Source: Epiperipatus broadwayi
Taxonomy: Eukaryota > Animalia > Onychophora
DNA length: 64,000 bases
Direction of reading: 5' to 3'
NCBI GenBank assembly: GCA_028023455.1
Contig: JAQFVV010000009.1
Span: forward strand, 7,688,001 to 7,752,000
Shown here: one piece after another, positions 10,586-23,937 of the stretch
How positions within the stretch are numbered: position 1 is the stretch's first letter
Layout: each line of letters begins with the position of its first letter
The notes under the pieces: generated by a model
Seen by the model: only the letters and a program-made list of their open reading frames with translations
The model's database searches: none
Told to the model about the DNA's origin: nothing
Program-made: the position numbers and the translations under genes

Positions 10586-13500
10586 CCCTCTCTGTCAGCT
10601 ACCTTCTATTGTTTGTATGATCTGAGATCTTGATAAGCCTCCCCATGCTCCTTTGTTTCAAAGTAACACCTTCTAAAATAACTTTTACTTTTTTACTCTA
10701 AATTTCTTTCTTTAAACTTTGGGATTTTATTAATTAAAAAAAAGAAAGAGAAGGCCATCTTTAATTTGACTTGAATGGGCTTAACTAATTAAAAATATAC
10801 ATTCTTTTAGAAAATGTTGGTGGGCTTATCTCAAAATCAAATCATACTAAATATTTGAACAAGATTTAAAAGTAAAATACATTCTTATTTCTTTTAATAC
10901 AATAAGCGTTTTATTTCAGCAGAATTTTGCATTAACTCATATATATATGCTTGACGTATATATATGTTTGACTAAACGGTTTTCACAAGTAATATTTTTA
11001 ACAGCATTTTAATGTTACAATGGAATTTATTTAAAAGAACAAGCAAATACAAATTTAATAAACGTAATTAATTTTAGCTGTAATGCAAAACCCTGCTGAT
11101 ATTGGCCTATAAACTTAATTTAGGTTTACAATATTAATCAAGTTTATAGGAAGATGTGAAGCATGGATTGGACTTCAGATCCATTGCTTCAATATGCATG
11201 TGATAATTCTATTTGGACTTTTAATATTCTCATATTAAAATCTGGATTCATTTATTCCAAATTCAAATTTACACATATTTTATCTATGTTAAAGTTAATG
11301 TAACAAAATTGCTAATAAGTTAACTTTATTAAGTCAAATATTTACTCTAATTAAACACTGATTAAATATTCTGATATTCTTAATTTATCTGTTTTATAAT
11401 AATAATTTATCAAAAACATTAATATTTTCATAATCAGCCAGAATACTAAAATATCAACAACTCACACATATAATCACAATTTGTAAATATATATTTAACA
11501 CATAGCATTTTCCAGGATCCATTAACTTTTTATTTTTGGGATAAGACCCTGTAAAAAATAATTGAATGGTTTATTGTTTGGATATTTATAAAAAGTTTGA
11601 GCACTGAAAGAAACATGTTACATTTATTGAGATCTTATATATTTCCAAATTCATTAATTTCAAATCAATGCACAAATTTATAGGATGAATAATTTCATCT
11701 ATTTTAGCCACAATTAGATTTAAAGACTATTTTTTCCATCATAACAACTGAAGAACAAACCATATTAACTTTGAATCAGGAGCTATTTCATTGCAAGGAT
11801 CATTTTCCTTTTTTATATATTATAATCTAATTACTATTCTCTTTCTGTTATTTAATGCACTTTCATTGATGTTCATCTGTTGTTTGATTAAATTTTCTAA
11901 TTTTAATCAATATTAATCTCCAGAATAATGTTTTTTTCTATACAATCTTTAACCTGAAATAAAATAACAATTATGTGCAAAAAGGTAATATTTGTGTGAT
12001 GCCTAACAACATGCTATTGGGTTAAATAGTGTCATGAACAGGCCACTGTATTTTAAAGTGATGCATTGGTCCAATACACAAAAGATTTTAAACGATGAAA
12101 CCAAGGGCTTTAAAACTCATGTCACCAGATTTCATTATTTTTTTTAAAATGAGATTTTATTTTCAAAATTAATTTTTAAAGATTTTTTTATAGTTTTATA
12201 GAGGAAAAAAAAGTATCCTATAAAGATTTAATATTTAATAGAAACATTTACCATTATCATTATAAAATAAAAAATAGGCTTGTTTTTTCTTTTTTAACTT
12301 ACACTATAATTTTTCATTGTCAGATCAGTTAAGTTCCATATAAAAAGATTTCGAGTTAATTATTTGACTTTTACAATATTCAGTACATAATTTTTTTCAT
12401 ATATTTACTTTCTTAGGCATTGATGATTTATTTTGGTTTCTGGTACTAGATTAGAAGCATGGAAGTGATATGCCGTTATAATAGATAAATAATTTATATT
12501 GATTTTGTTTGTGTCACTGTATTCTACATTATTGCAGACCCTATTCTGTAAATTGTTTCTATTAATATTAAATTAAATCTTCAACCAATCTTTTTAAAAA
12601 TTATTGGAAAATGTAAACTTGTCCCCGCCCCTTACCCTCAGAGTGTTTTGACTGATATAGTTACTTCAGTTAACCCAGATATTTATTATAACTCAAATAT
12701 CCTTGAGCTCCACACATCTAAACAAATTTAAATCTATTAAATTACAAATGTCATTTTTTATACAACAAATATTATATAATTTAGATATTAACATAACTGA
12801 CAAAGTAAACTTGGACTCACATTACAAACATGAAAAATATTAAATTTCATAAATCTTGATAATATAAGTTTAAATTAATTTACAAGAATAAATATATCAA
12901 TATTTTGATCCATATCCTTCTTTATCATATGTATATATATAGAAATAGAGATAAAAATATAATTTAAATGTATTATGTGTTTGGGCCACCTGAAGTGACA
13001 ATTCAGTTGAAACAGCTCATGGAGGCAGGTTTATAGTTTGTGATGTTTTTGAAAGAGATTGTACTAAAGTGAAAATGATTACAGATTTAATTTAGCATTA
13101 GTACTTGTGTGTACATATGCTTAAAAAGTTCAAACTTAGGAAAAAATTTGAGGTGACTAAAATATTAATATATCTAACTTTTAAAATTAATTTAAAGTTT
13201 GCCATCAAAATGTATAAAATTTAATATCTTTTATTTAAATTATGTATTTCATTTGAAAAATAATGTTTAATAGCTGCAATTTGTTTTTATGAGATCAAAA
13301 ATGGCTCAAGCAGATTTTCTTATTAATTTTCAATGGTCTAATGAAGATGACAGTTCTTAAATGATGTGAGAATATTTAGTTTTACTGGTGAGATGTGTTC
13401 TCTCTACCAGAATACAATATCATACTCTGAATTATCTTTTTGATCATTAAGTGAAGAATAACTGGTATTTTCTATATTTTCTATCTGTGACAGGGTTAAG

Positions 13501-15267
13501 ATTGGAGTGATTCTTAATCAAATATACTGTAAATATAGATATATTTTAATACATTATTATCATGCTAGTGCAATTAGTAGGTAATGAAAAATGAAGTATT
13601 ATCAAATCTTTCTTAGATTTTGTGAGTTAAGAAAAAAAGAATATTTGGAGAATTTCATAATAGCTATTATGTTTCATTTTAATTTATTTTGGACATATGA
13701 GATTATGGTCATAGAATTCTAATATTGGAGCAAAATGAGTCATTAAAATTTTTTAAATATTTTTGTGTATTATTTTACTTATATTCAGTGGAAAATGATC
13801 ATGTGATAGATGTTATGATTAGCTATGTGTTATTTGTTGAACTGTATTTTGAAAGATATTATATAATAAGTTTTATTGAAACAAAAGTAGACCTATTAGA
13901 AAAACTGAATGGTAAAAGAAGTAAAAAAAAAGGAGGATATATACAAAATTAAAAACAAATCACATGTTTATAAAAGTATTAAATAATATTAGTTTTAAAA
14001 GAATGAATATTTTATAATAAAATAAAAAATAAATATTACTAGATAAAGAGTTCCATATGTGACAAGCATTGGTTAAAAAGTTGAATAAAAATAAAAAGTA
14101 TGAAATGTGCTGATGTGAGCAGTATAAAAAAAATGTTGAAAAAGAGTAATTTAGGAGAAGTGAGTAGCAATAAAGCAAGTTCAGAAGTGCTATGATTTAT
14201 GATAATATGTATAAAAGTAATATAGATCATAGATAAAATGATGACAGAAATGTGATTGAAGTCAAAACAATAAATCTATTGATAAGTTAAAGAGTCTTAT
14301 TTTGGGTGGATTACAATAAAATGAGATATATGAAAGTTTCATCCTAGATATGTAAACAGTAATTAATAAAATGGTTAATTTGAGATTTATATAAAATACA
14401 ATTCTTTAATGAAACAGTAATTTTGATGAAAATAACAAAAACAAATATCATTTTCTCTGCAAATTCTTTGTTAAACTTTTTTAAAAAAAACAACAACAAC
14501 AACACAATATCAAAATTACAAGGATTATTCTTTATATAAAGACTTGAGAAGAAGTGATTAGCTTTAGAAAAAGATTCACTATTTTTTTAAAATATTCTTG
14601 ATAAATGTTTGATTATCCTGACCAATATTTATTAATATTTCCGAAAGTCTAATATTCACTTTGCTAAGAATATGATATTCATAAACACTATCTAAAATAT
14701 TATCATTTATTAATAAATAATATTAGTGTTTACCAATAGTGAGTCATTGTCTTCATCAGAAATATTAACAAATATTGACAAGGATATTTATCAAGAATAT
14801 TTAAAAAACAATGAACTTTTTTCCTAATGCTATTCACTTCTCAAATTTTATAAAGAATAATCAATTGGAATTTTGATAGTTTTTTTTTTTATTAAAAAAA
14901 GTTTAATGAAATATTTCCAAAGAGAATGGTGATATATTAATAATTTTTATTAGTCATTCACCAGTCATGTGTTTATGATTACACCCCTTCATAAGGCGTT
15001 AAAAATGAATAGAAACCAGTCCTTACCTTCCATAAGAGTAGTGTAGTGAAAATTACTCTACAGAAATATTATTCATGATTAAAATGGTGATGTTTGTCTT
15101 TATTAAATTACAGTGCTGTAAAGTCTTCTTTCATATTGTGAATATGTAGATCAACTTATTCAAATTTTGCAAGGAGTTTAAATCGATTTTTTAAATATGT
15201 TTGTTATGTATATTTTTGCAAGAATGACTTGTTTATTAATCCTTACGAAATTTAATACAGTTTTATG

Positions 15268-15380
15268 AGGCAGACTCAAACACGAGGGTTTGAGCATTGA
15301 TTATTTAGTTCAGATTAATTGATTAAAACTATTAAATGCTCACTCTGCAACTAGGGTGCTCAAATGTCACATGACCTGCC
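15268..15380. mobile_element. Partial copy of a small TIR MITE (related to 56612-56774)
   Basis: cagattaa..aaact.ttaaatgctca.tctgc....agg...ctc.aa..tca..tga.ct.cc is shared with 56705-56774; ends in tcacatgacctgcc. Confidence 0.45.
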
Positions 15381-16479
15381 AAATAATTGACTATATGAAT
15401 ATTTACTTATTGTTTATTAATATGAAAAATACTATTTTAAATGATAAAAGTTATTTTTTGATTAATTTTTATCTTAATTAAAATATATTTTTATATATTA
15501 TATTAAATTAGGAGTATCATTTTTTTAAAGAAAAATATTGTACAATTTAGATATAAACGTAACTGGCAAAGTAAATCTGACAATCATGTTATAAATATGA
15601 TATTTTATATATAATTAACAATTTGAAATAAATGCTTCAATTATTCATTGCACATAATTAGTATTGTTTGTGGTATTTAGATTACTTTAAAAAGAATCAG
15701 ACACAAATATTCAACATTTATCTACAGACAAGTATTACTGAAATAATGATCTCTGGCTAAAATAAAACAAAATTATTTCAAATAATTGCAATAAAATTCT
15801 AAAAACTATTTCTCACTCTAATATATCTACTATAGCCCCCATCCATTCTTTAGTTGTTGTTTTTTTTTTTACTTCTGCCCTTCCCTTTTCATATTTATAA
15901 ATTCCATTTTTTAAATATATATTCAAATTGCATGTAATATTTTTCCTATTTGATTGTCTATTCAAAGTTTACAATACTTTTTTTGATAAAGATCTATTAT
16001 ATGCTTTATCTAATATTAAAATCTGTTCAAACATCTTTTTGGAACCAATCCCCCCCCGCCCAAAAATAAATTTTTATAATAGAAATATTATTCAAATAAA
16101 AAAAGTGTTGAATCTCATTAACATAAAGTAGATATACTACCTAAAAAGAATTTAATAATCATTTATATATTTTTTCCAAATATTTGAAATAAAATATCTG
16201 CTTCTTATTAAATTAAAATTTGGATTGGTGGTGGAAGGATTTTTAAGTAATGAATGTTATTTAAAAAAAGTATGTTTAAGCATGGATAAAGTAGTTAATA
16301 TTTATTTGATAGATAACTGGGGAAATATACTGTATTAAATACATTAAAAAATATCATTCAATCTTTTTTTAATTGGAAGAAATGAAGCTGAATTTATTTA
16401 TTTTTATTAAGAATTACTGGAACTTTTTCTATCTTTCACTGCAGGGCAGTAAACTATAGCACAATATGAATAATAAAAT

Positions 16480-17800
16480 CTAATATTCGAAATGCTGAAA
16501 AACAAAAATGTGCCTATAAAATGCCATATGAATGTAAAATAATTTATATTGGTAAAACCAACTATCTCACAGAAAAATGATCAAAGAAAAAGTAATGATT
16601 ACAGAGATCACAAAAATATTGGAGAGAAAGGTAAAAAAAAGGTAAAAAAGTGAATGAAAAGTAACACTATAAATAGGGTGGGAAATTAATATGTTAGAAA
16701 ACACTTTATAAATCTTGTCTTTAAAAAGGAAAAATTGGAGAAATTAGAAAGATCTTCTAGATAAGTATATGAAATTTCTATTCACCATTGTCTTTGACAC
16801 AATATCATACTTGGTTGTAGCATCACATTAAATTCAGTATTCATGAATCAAAAATCACTGGCTGAGTTCTCTTGCCAGATTATCACTGGTCAGACCAATG
16901 TAACATCTAAGGAAGGGAGAAGAATAATACCATTCAAAATATGTGTTCAATACTAATCTGTGTATTAGTACTAAAAATTAAACATACTAGAAAGGATATA
17001 AATAAAGACAGTTTTTAAAATAACATTTGAATTTTTCTAAAAAACATTTTACTATTCAAGTAGATGATAGAAATAGTCATATATCTGCAAATAAAATATC
17101 ATTTTAAACTAAAAACAAAATATCTTTTTCTGTGTGCATATGTATATTGAATTAAATATTTTTCATGGATTATTCTAATAGAGAACAAATGAGATTTTAT
17201 CAATGCAAATAGAGATAATCTTTGTCTTTGATGTTGCCTGAAAACTATCAATTACTACTAATTGTCAATCTCTCTGAGGCTAAATAAGTTTTCTCCACTA
17301 CAATATATATATACCAAATGAACTCTTATTATTCATTAATTAACAAACCTACAAAATTAATTATAAACTAGTTTGCCATTAGCTTAATCTGCTAATTAAA
17401 CTGTTATCTATACTAAATAACAAACTGGGCTGATAAGGGAAGACATTACACTATCATTAATCATTCTTATTTATACCAAGAAAGTAATCTAAACTCATGC
17501 ATTGTTTATATTAGCTGAATCTAATGGACCTCTAAAAACAGAAGCTGTTTGTTTTTGTTACTATCAAGCAATGTATGTTAATGTTTAACAGAACACTATT
17601 ATCACATGATTCTACATTTTCTTTGGGAGCAATTATCTTCACCCAACTCTAGAGCTATTAAATGTAAGTTTGAACAATCAGTAGACACTAGATAGTATAG
17701 CACTACAAAATCATTTGCAGAACAATTTTTAGTTTACAAGATTCAGAAGCATATTGGGAAAGGGAGATTTTATAGCACTAATTAAATAATATAACATTAA
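16480..17800. mobile_element. Old Penelope-like fragments (GIY-YIG on + at about 16500-16570; GIY-YIG and RT remnants on - at about 16800-17750)
   Basis: KQKCAYKMPYECKIIYIGKT on +; CYIGLTSD and DSVMSSLIS (GxxMGSPLS-like) on -. Heavily mutated. Confidence 0.45.
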
Positions 17801-17809
17801 CTAGGAATC

Positions 17810-19545
17810 AAAATATTTTTACAATGGATAATTGAAAAAATGTATCCAAGTAATTCAAGACTTAAAAAGTATAGAAATATTAATAAAAAATTTAAATCAA
17901 TATATAAATGATAAAAATATAATAAATATTATGTAGTAGAAGAGAGTTTAATATTAATTTATAACAGTTTATATAAAATTTTTAATGAAATAATGAATTT
18001 TGAAATATATATAAAGGATGGGTTATGGGTTGCGCAATTAGTGACTTAATGTCATCGCTATTTATAAATGAATTAGAAACTATTATAATTAAATAAAAAT
18101 AATTAATCAAGAAATAATACATTATTTTACCATATATTGATGGTATTTTAATTAATGGTAATAAAAAAACTATAAATAATATTTACAACGATTTTAATAA
18201 CAATGTTATATAAATTTACAAAAGTAGAATTTTAAGGTAAAATTAAATATTTAAATATAGAAATTCACGTAGATAATGATAATAAAATTATATTGAAACA
18301 TTTTATTAAAAAAGACAAATTAAGGAAAATTATTTCTACAGATTTACAACAAACATGGGTACAAAACATGTCAGTTATTAAAATTTTTAAATATGATAAA
18401 TTTAATATAGATAAAAATATAGCTCATTTACAAAAGAAACAATTTATTAAATTATTTAAAGATTATGGAAACAACCATAAAACTATAAAAACATACTTTT
18501 TAATTCTAAGAAATCTTGATAAAATTAACTGTGACCTTTGCAATATAGATTATTGTGATCATACAGGGAAACAGTTAGAGGTAAGAGCCAAAGAACATAA
18601 CAGTAATTAACAGACAAGATGATAAAACTGTTTCATATATCATTACTTAACATATGGACATAAAATAGATGCTATAAAAATATTAAATCTTTAAAATACA
18701 TTAAAGATTCAAAAAGAAGACAACTATATGAAACATTACAGTAAACATAACTTAAATAATTATATGAATATTTACAAAACTTCAAAAATTTAGTTACAAC
18801 AAGCCAATTAAAAATGAATGGAAAATTATATAAGATTATTAAGATATGTATTCTTTATTCTGTACATTATTATGTTATAAATCACTTCTTTGAAGTTAGA
18901 ATAAAATCTTCATATAGAGAAATAATATATATTTTAGTGATATTTTATTTTGTTATTGTTGTTATTTATTTTCATTATGGAACACTAGATGACGTTCTAT
19001 CTGCAATAATTGCTCGAACGGGATCTTTAGCTACAAAAGAATATACATGTAAATGGAAAAATGTGGGTGATTTATTTTGTAAATTATGTAAGGAAGGAAT
19101 TGAAAATATTAGGCATTTGTTAATTGAATGTAAATGTTTGAAAACAGAAAGGGTACATATAATGAAGTTGTGGAAAAATAAATATGAAAAGAGTGATTAT
19201 ACAGAAAGTGAATTATTGGTTTTTATGCTGGGTTTGGGAAAAGATAAGGGGGATTTAGATATAAAGGTTATAGAGTTGACAAAAATTATGTTGTGGAAAT
19301 GGGATAGAGCAGATTATGGGTAAATTTAGAGTGGGGAATGTAAAAGAAAGTGGCTAACAGGTTTATCTGGGCATAATTGCTGAGATATTCTTGACTTCGT
19401 TTAAGGAGAAGCCATAATACATCACATCACATCACATCACAATGTTAAAATAGATGATTAACATTTGAAAAGGGCATGAAACCATGTGCCAAGAAAGGCT
19501 TTTTATGTATAATTATATATATATATATATAGCTGTTGTATATTT
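17810..19545 (+). mobile_element. Penelope-like element family A: 5'-truncated RT + GIY-YIG + 3' pLTR remnant
   Basis: GWVMGCAISDLMSSLFINELE (~18018), YIDG (YxDD, ~18132), CDLCNIDYCDHTGKQLEVRAKEH (ORF 18293-18610). The 3' non-coding part matches 48490-48800 (-) and 54104-54514 (+). Confidence 0.75.
19013..19440 (+). mobile_element. 3' end of a LINE (CCHC zinc knuckle, (ATCAC)n tail) inserted in the Penelope A pLTR
   Basis: ARTGSL...FCKLCKEGIENIRHLLIEC; ends in atcac repeats. The flanks gcaataattg | aatgttaaaatagatg are nearly contiguous in the other family A copies. Confidence 0.8.
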
Positions 19546-22044
19546 GTTATAGTGTCCACTAATTATTTAAACTTCCAATAGGTAGCTCTAGAGTAAGATG
19601 AAGATAATTGCTCTTAAATGCATAGTAATGTTAATGGTAGATCTTTTCTTCTCTTTTTTATTGAAACAAATGTTATAATTTTCACACCAACACTTACTAT
19701 CTAAAGTTTATCTAACATCAAAGTCATATCATAATTAAAATTGATATTGAAAATATGTAGAAAACTACAATCACATTCATGAATAGATAATGTAACATTA
19801 TTTATGAAGCAAATTTCATGCTATAAATATTGTCATTGTTTCCAGATTGATCTTCTGCAAGACAACACAGATAACAATTTTTTTTTTACTCTGAAAAAGC
19901 AGTCCAACAGAATATCCAAAACAAATGAATGGGAACTAAGATCATTAAACCAACTATAGAAAACCCTAATAAACATGCATATTTTCATGTAAATACTATT
20001 CATACTTAATGATCAATGATGCTCACATATAGATTGGTTTAAAATAAATTTAGTGATGATGGATGTTGTAGAATAAATTTTTTAAATTCTGTCACCATTT
20101 ATAGACATTGTTCTCCAGGTTCCATCTCTCATTGTGAAATTCTTAATTGCTATGATAGAAGAGCAGGTGATCTCAGTTTAGACCTAGCCTTAATCTTCAA
20201 AAAATAATTGTTATAAATATAAACTTTTTCACTTTATTATAATATCATATTTTGTTAATATATATTTAATTATATATTAAATTTTTTTATAAAGCAATGC
20301 CAATGAAACTACCTATCACAACCATAGTCTGGGTTTTAATCTGAATTGAGCAAACTTGGCATTGAATTTTTATTCTAGATTGCCAGCCTAATAGTTATTT
20401 CCCATAATATCTAGTATTGTTTGGTAAATGGATGCTAAGCCTTCATAACTGGAATTTTCAAACCTAATGAGTACTGCTTTCTCCTCACTATGAGGAGCTG
20501 TTGAAGTAGAATATTTTATCGTCTCTTTCCTTTTTCACTACCACCTTATGATGAACTCTAACTAATTTTAATTAATTCTATGTAGATGAAAATTTATATA
20601 AATGATATTTAAAACATTCTTATAATGGAAAAGAGATTTCCATTTGTTTATTTTGTATCTGATGGAGAATGTAAAAGATAATTTATAAAGGTATGGTTAG
20701 AAATATAATAGGGTGAGAAAAAATTATTTATTGAGAAAATAAAAAGTAGTTATGAGATTGAGTGTAATCTTACTAGTGAATGAAATCACTTCTCTTGTAC
20801 ATTTTACATAATCCAATAATTTATTTTTCATAATTGCAAATAAATTTTTATTAATCAACAGTTTTCCTCAGAGCTTCTGATTCTTAAAAAATTGTTAAAG
20901 AATGTTGAAAATATCTGCTTGAACATCCAGCTCTGCCATCTATTATAATTTTAAGTAATCAGTATATTCTAGGTATAATGCTTACTAAATCCTTATTCAG
21001 TATTATCCTATCCATATATTCAGATTGGTTTCTGGCTTAAGATCTTCTTCAATTAGAAGTTTTGAACCTAGATCTAAAGCACTTGCATTTCTGATATCTT
21101 ATGCACTTTTCATCTAGCAACTATTATACTATCAATTCTCCATAAAGAATCTAAAAAAACCAGTTTCTCAGAGGCAAGGGTTACAGATACTTGAAAGTAA
21201 TACCAGTAATATAAATATACTATGAAACATTTAACTTGTAAAAAATAATGATTAACTAAATTGCTTAAGAGTTATATTGACAATAATTTGCTACACATTC
21301 GTTCTTACAAATAGGAAATACTTAGATTGAAGATCATAATTATTATCATTATCTGCTTAAATTTTCTTTTCACTTTATTGCACAATATATCATATGGACT
21401 ACTGCTTAAAATAGATGACTCTGGAGTAGAGATTGTGAAGTGGATTGCTGAAAGTAAGCTGATTTTAAAGAATTGTTTTGACTACTAATATTGTTATAGC
21501 ACTTAATTTAATCCCATCTAAAATAATGCAAAACATATGACTTTCTTATATGCTTTTTAGAGCAACTTAGGGCACTAATAATAACTCTGTCCAGAAGAAA
21601 TCTGAGAAAGAAGTATTTGTGAAACATAATGTTAACGATCTTTAATAGTAGCTAATTACTTCTCAGTGCTCTGCATGGTTTAATGTAGTATTAGAGTGGC
21701 AGTTCCTGGAGATCAAGATCAATGGGTTGCAGTACCATCCAATACTTGAACTTCTTATTACTTCTTGTGCAATAAATCATTCATTAATTATTTATTTATT
21801 ATCCAATTGGTTCACTGCATTTAATTAAAATTATTTTTGTTTGACACTGTGGTAGACATATATAGTTATTTATCACCATAGAAACTTGCACACTTATGTA
21901 TTAATTTAAATGAAAAACAATTGAAATCTATCAGTGAAAATTGGATTTTTTTTTCTTGTTAGTATCGCCTTTGCCAGGAGACAACCTATTTTCCAACAGA
22001 TTACTCCATATCTTTCTATATGCATTACAGTAATTAATTGTGTA

Positions 22045-22165
22045 ATATTCTATAAATTTCACAAACGCAATGTTTAAATTGTAACTATGTAGAAGGTAAT
22101 CAAACCTCCACACACGATCTTATTTAACGGCGCTGGTGTGGAGGTTTGATTAACTTCTATATAGT
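22045..22165 (-). mobile_element. 121-bp insertion: 30-bp inverted arms + 22-nt loop + 39-nt tail, flanked by a 16-bp direct repeat (minimal Penelope-type insertion)
   Basis: Arms at 22084-22113 and 22136-22165 (2 mismatches, one a G-U); direct repeat agtaattaattgtgta at 22029-22044 and 22166-22181. Confidence 0.65.
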
Positions 22166-22434
22166 AGTAATTAATTGTGTATGTAACTTTTTTTTTATTG
22201 CTACTGTGTTTACATTCATATACATTAAATGTTCAAAGTATTTATAAAACTGAATAAGGCAACACTCGCTTTCATTTTTTCACAAAGAAAGATGTTTAAG
22301 ATTTATTGCTTATCGCTTGTCTCAGCCGACAACTTAATTTCTCTTAATTACTGCTTTTAAGAAAATTGTCTCCGACCTCTAGTTTGTTTTATTACATAAT
22401 GATAGTTATATATGCTGTTTTTTTTTTTAATCAG

Positions 22435-22487
22435 TTGCTGGATGAACTGCCAATGATCTGGGGGTGTGCGGTGTTGGTTTATTCACT
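22435..22487 (+). CDS. ACER3: Alkaline ceramidase 3-like gene, internal exon (LLDELPMIWGCAVLVYS-L), 53 nt, phase 0/2
   Basis: Poly-T tract + cag acceptor, gtaagt donor. The peptide matches the ceramidase motif LLDELPMI and has the same length as the recalled human segment LLDELPMIYSCCIFVYCM. Confidence 0.9.
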
Positions 22488-23759
22488 GTAAGTACTTTTT
22501 TTGTAATTTATATCTCATAAATATGAATAGTTTTGATCTCTCAATTTTTAAAAAAAATTATTTCCTCAAAAAAGAAAGAAATAATTGTTTTCTTTTTTGT
22601 TAAATTAACACCTAATTCATTTGTATATTTGGTATTCACATTTCTTCAGATATCGACTGTTATTTAAATGCTTGATTTTTTTTTTTTTAAAATCTTGAGT
22701 ATGTTAAATTGTTTACTATATGAGACTGTTATATGATACTTTTGAAAAATGTTAATTTTAAGATTGTTTACATTTTAAAATAATCGAATGGTTTATTGCT
22801 CGGAAGTTTGTAAGAAGTCCTGAGTAACTGCCTGCCAGAGCTGCAATCTATGGTACTTGAGCGCCATAATCTGCCAATCACCACTGCACCAAAAACACTC
22901 AGGGCTTATTTATGCGAAATTGTTAAATAAATAATATTATAAGGAGCAAAAAAACAACAACAGAGTTTTGCACCTTTTTTATGAGTCAAGGCTAATATAT
23001 TAGATACAATGTTTTGTTAAAAACTATTGAGTTTGAATTCTAAATGACCAAACGTGGCTTTATTTTTACTTCTATGTTTCTAAATAATCAGTCAATTAAG
23101 AGAGTTCTGTTCTATGGATAGATCTAAAGAGCAAGAACACAGCTAAGTTATCCATTTCTTTATTCTGTTCTGTTCATTGCTCACATTTTCAATTCCATAT
23201 CTCTCTTACCATCTTTTATATCATCCAGCAATGTCAATCTTTCTTTTTTTTTTTCTTGTTTCCATTTACCATTTCCTCCAGAACATTCTTCATTAAACTA
23301 TTCATTTTTCTTAGAATACATACAATTTTCTTTTTCTATCTCTAATTTTCTCAATCAATTTTCTTTTTTCATTTACTCTTTTCAAAATTTCCTCATTTGC
23401 CATTTTATTCATCTAATTTTCTCTATTAATTCTATCTTCAAAGGTGCATAAAATACATTTTTTCTCTTAATATATGCTTCTTTGCCACTTCTATTTTTCT
23501 TTTAATTTAATTTCCATCTTCACTCAAACAACTACTGAAATATCTAAATTAATTAACTTGCTGAACTATATTATCATGAATATGCACTTATATTATTTTT
23601 ATATTCCTTTCTATCCGTAGACATTTGGCCTTCTCAGCATTGATCATCATGCCATATTCTACACATCTGTTCTTCAGATATATTCCAAAGATTTTCCTCA
23701 TCATCAGCTATAAGAGTCATATCATCTATGAATCTTTTATATTTTTTTATTCTATTTCT

Positions 23760-23937
23760 GATATGGTATTTTTACTTTAATGCTTGGATATCCTAGCACC
23801 TCACTGAGGAAGCCAGTAACAGAAACTGATCTGGGATTGGGGTTATTCTGCAAAGCTTGTTAAGAGCTTATTTGCGAGCTCTTTATATAACATTTGTAAT
23901 ACAAGCTTGTTAATTAGATCATGTGACATATGATTTG
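23760..23937 (+). mobile_element. Short non-coding insertion carrying a second type I hammerhead (family H2)
   Basis: Splits the LINE RT between GINI and RFIDD; atttct is duplicated at both junctions (23754-23759; 23938-23943). Confidence 0.65.
23790..23843 (+). ncRNA. Type I hammerhead ribozyme, family H2 (core intact, stems II/III eroded)
   Basis: atcctag-cac-ctca CTGAGGA (23804-23810) a gccagtaac a GAAA (23822-23825) ctg ATC tggg-a-ttggggt. The bipartite stem I pairs with G-U wobbles. Confidence 0.65.

Larger units (their letters stand above)
9071..10668 (-). mobile_element. LTR-like segment (solo or 3' LTR remnant), CpG-retaining and so probably young
   Basis: TG...CA-type ends (tgtgac at 9071, gtaaca ending 10668); much higher CpG content than the flanks; minus-strand TATAAATA at 10578-10585; internal tandem array; no long ORF. 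No matching TSD found (atat vs cctt). Confidence 0.5.

Noticed and set aside
10700-16400. Additional genes or exons in the AT-rich stretch
   Set aside because: Only short low-complexity ORFs were found; no ACER3 upstream exon motif (WCEENY, WNT.SN, GSW.FH) was found by eye.
18814-19323. Novel 169-aa membrane protein with a zinc finger
   Set aside because: Chimeric ORF: the hydrophobic half is T-rich non-coding Penelope pLTR and the CCHC half is the inserted LINE 3' end starting at 19013.
19455-19495. U3-A8 variant minimal hammerhead in the Penelope A pLTR (TTGAAAA gggcat GAAA ccatgt g)
   Set aside because: The position is suggestive and similar text occurs at about 48570 and 54425, but all copies have G at the cleavage position and I find no stem I.
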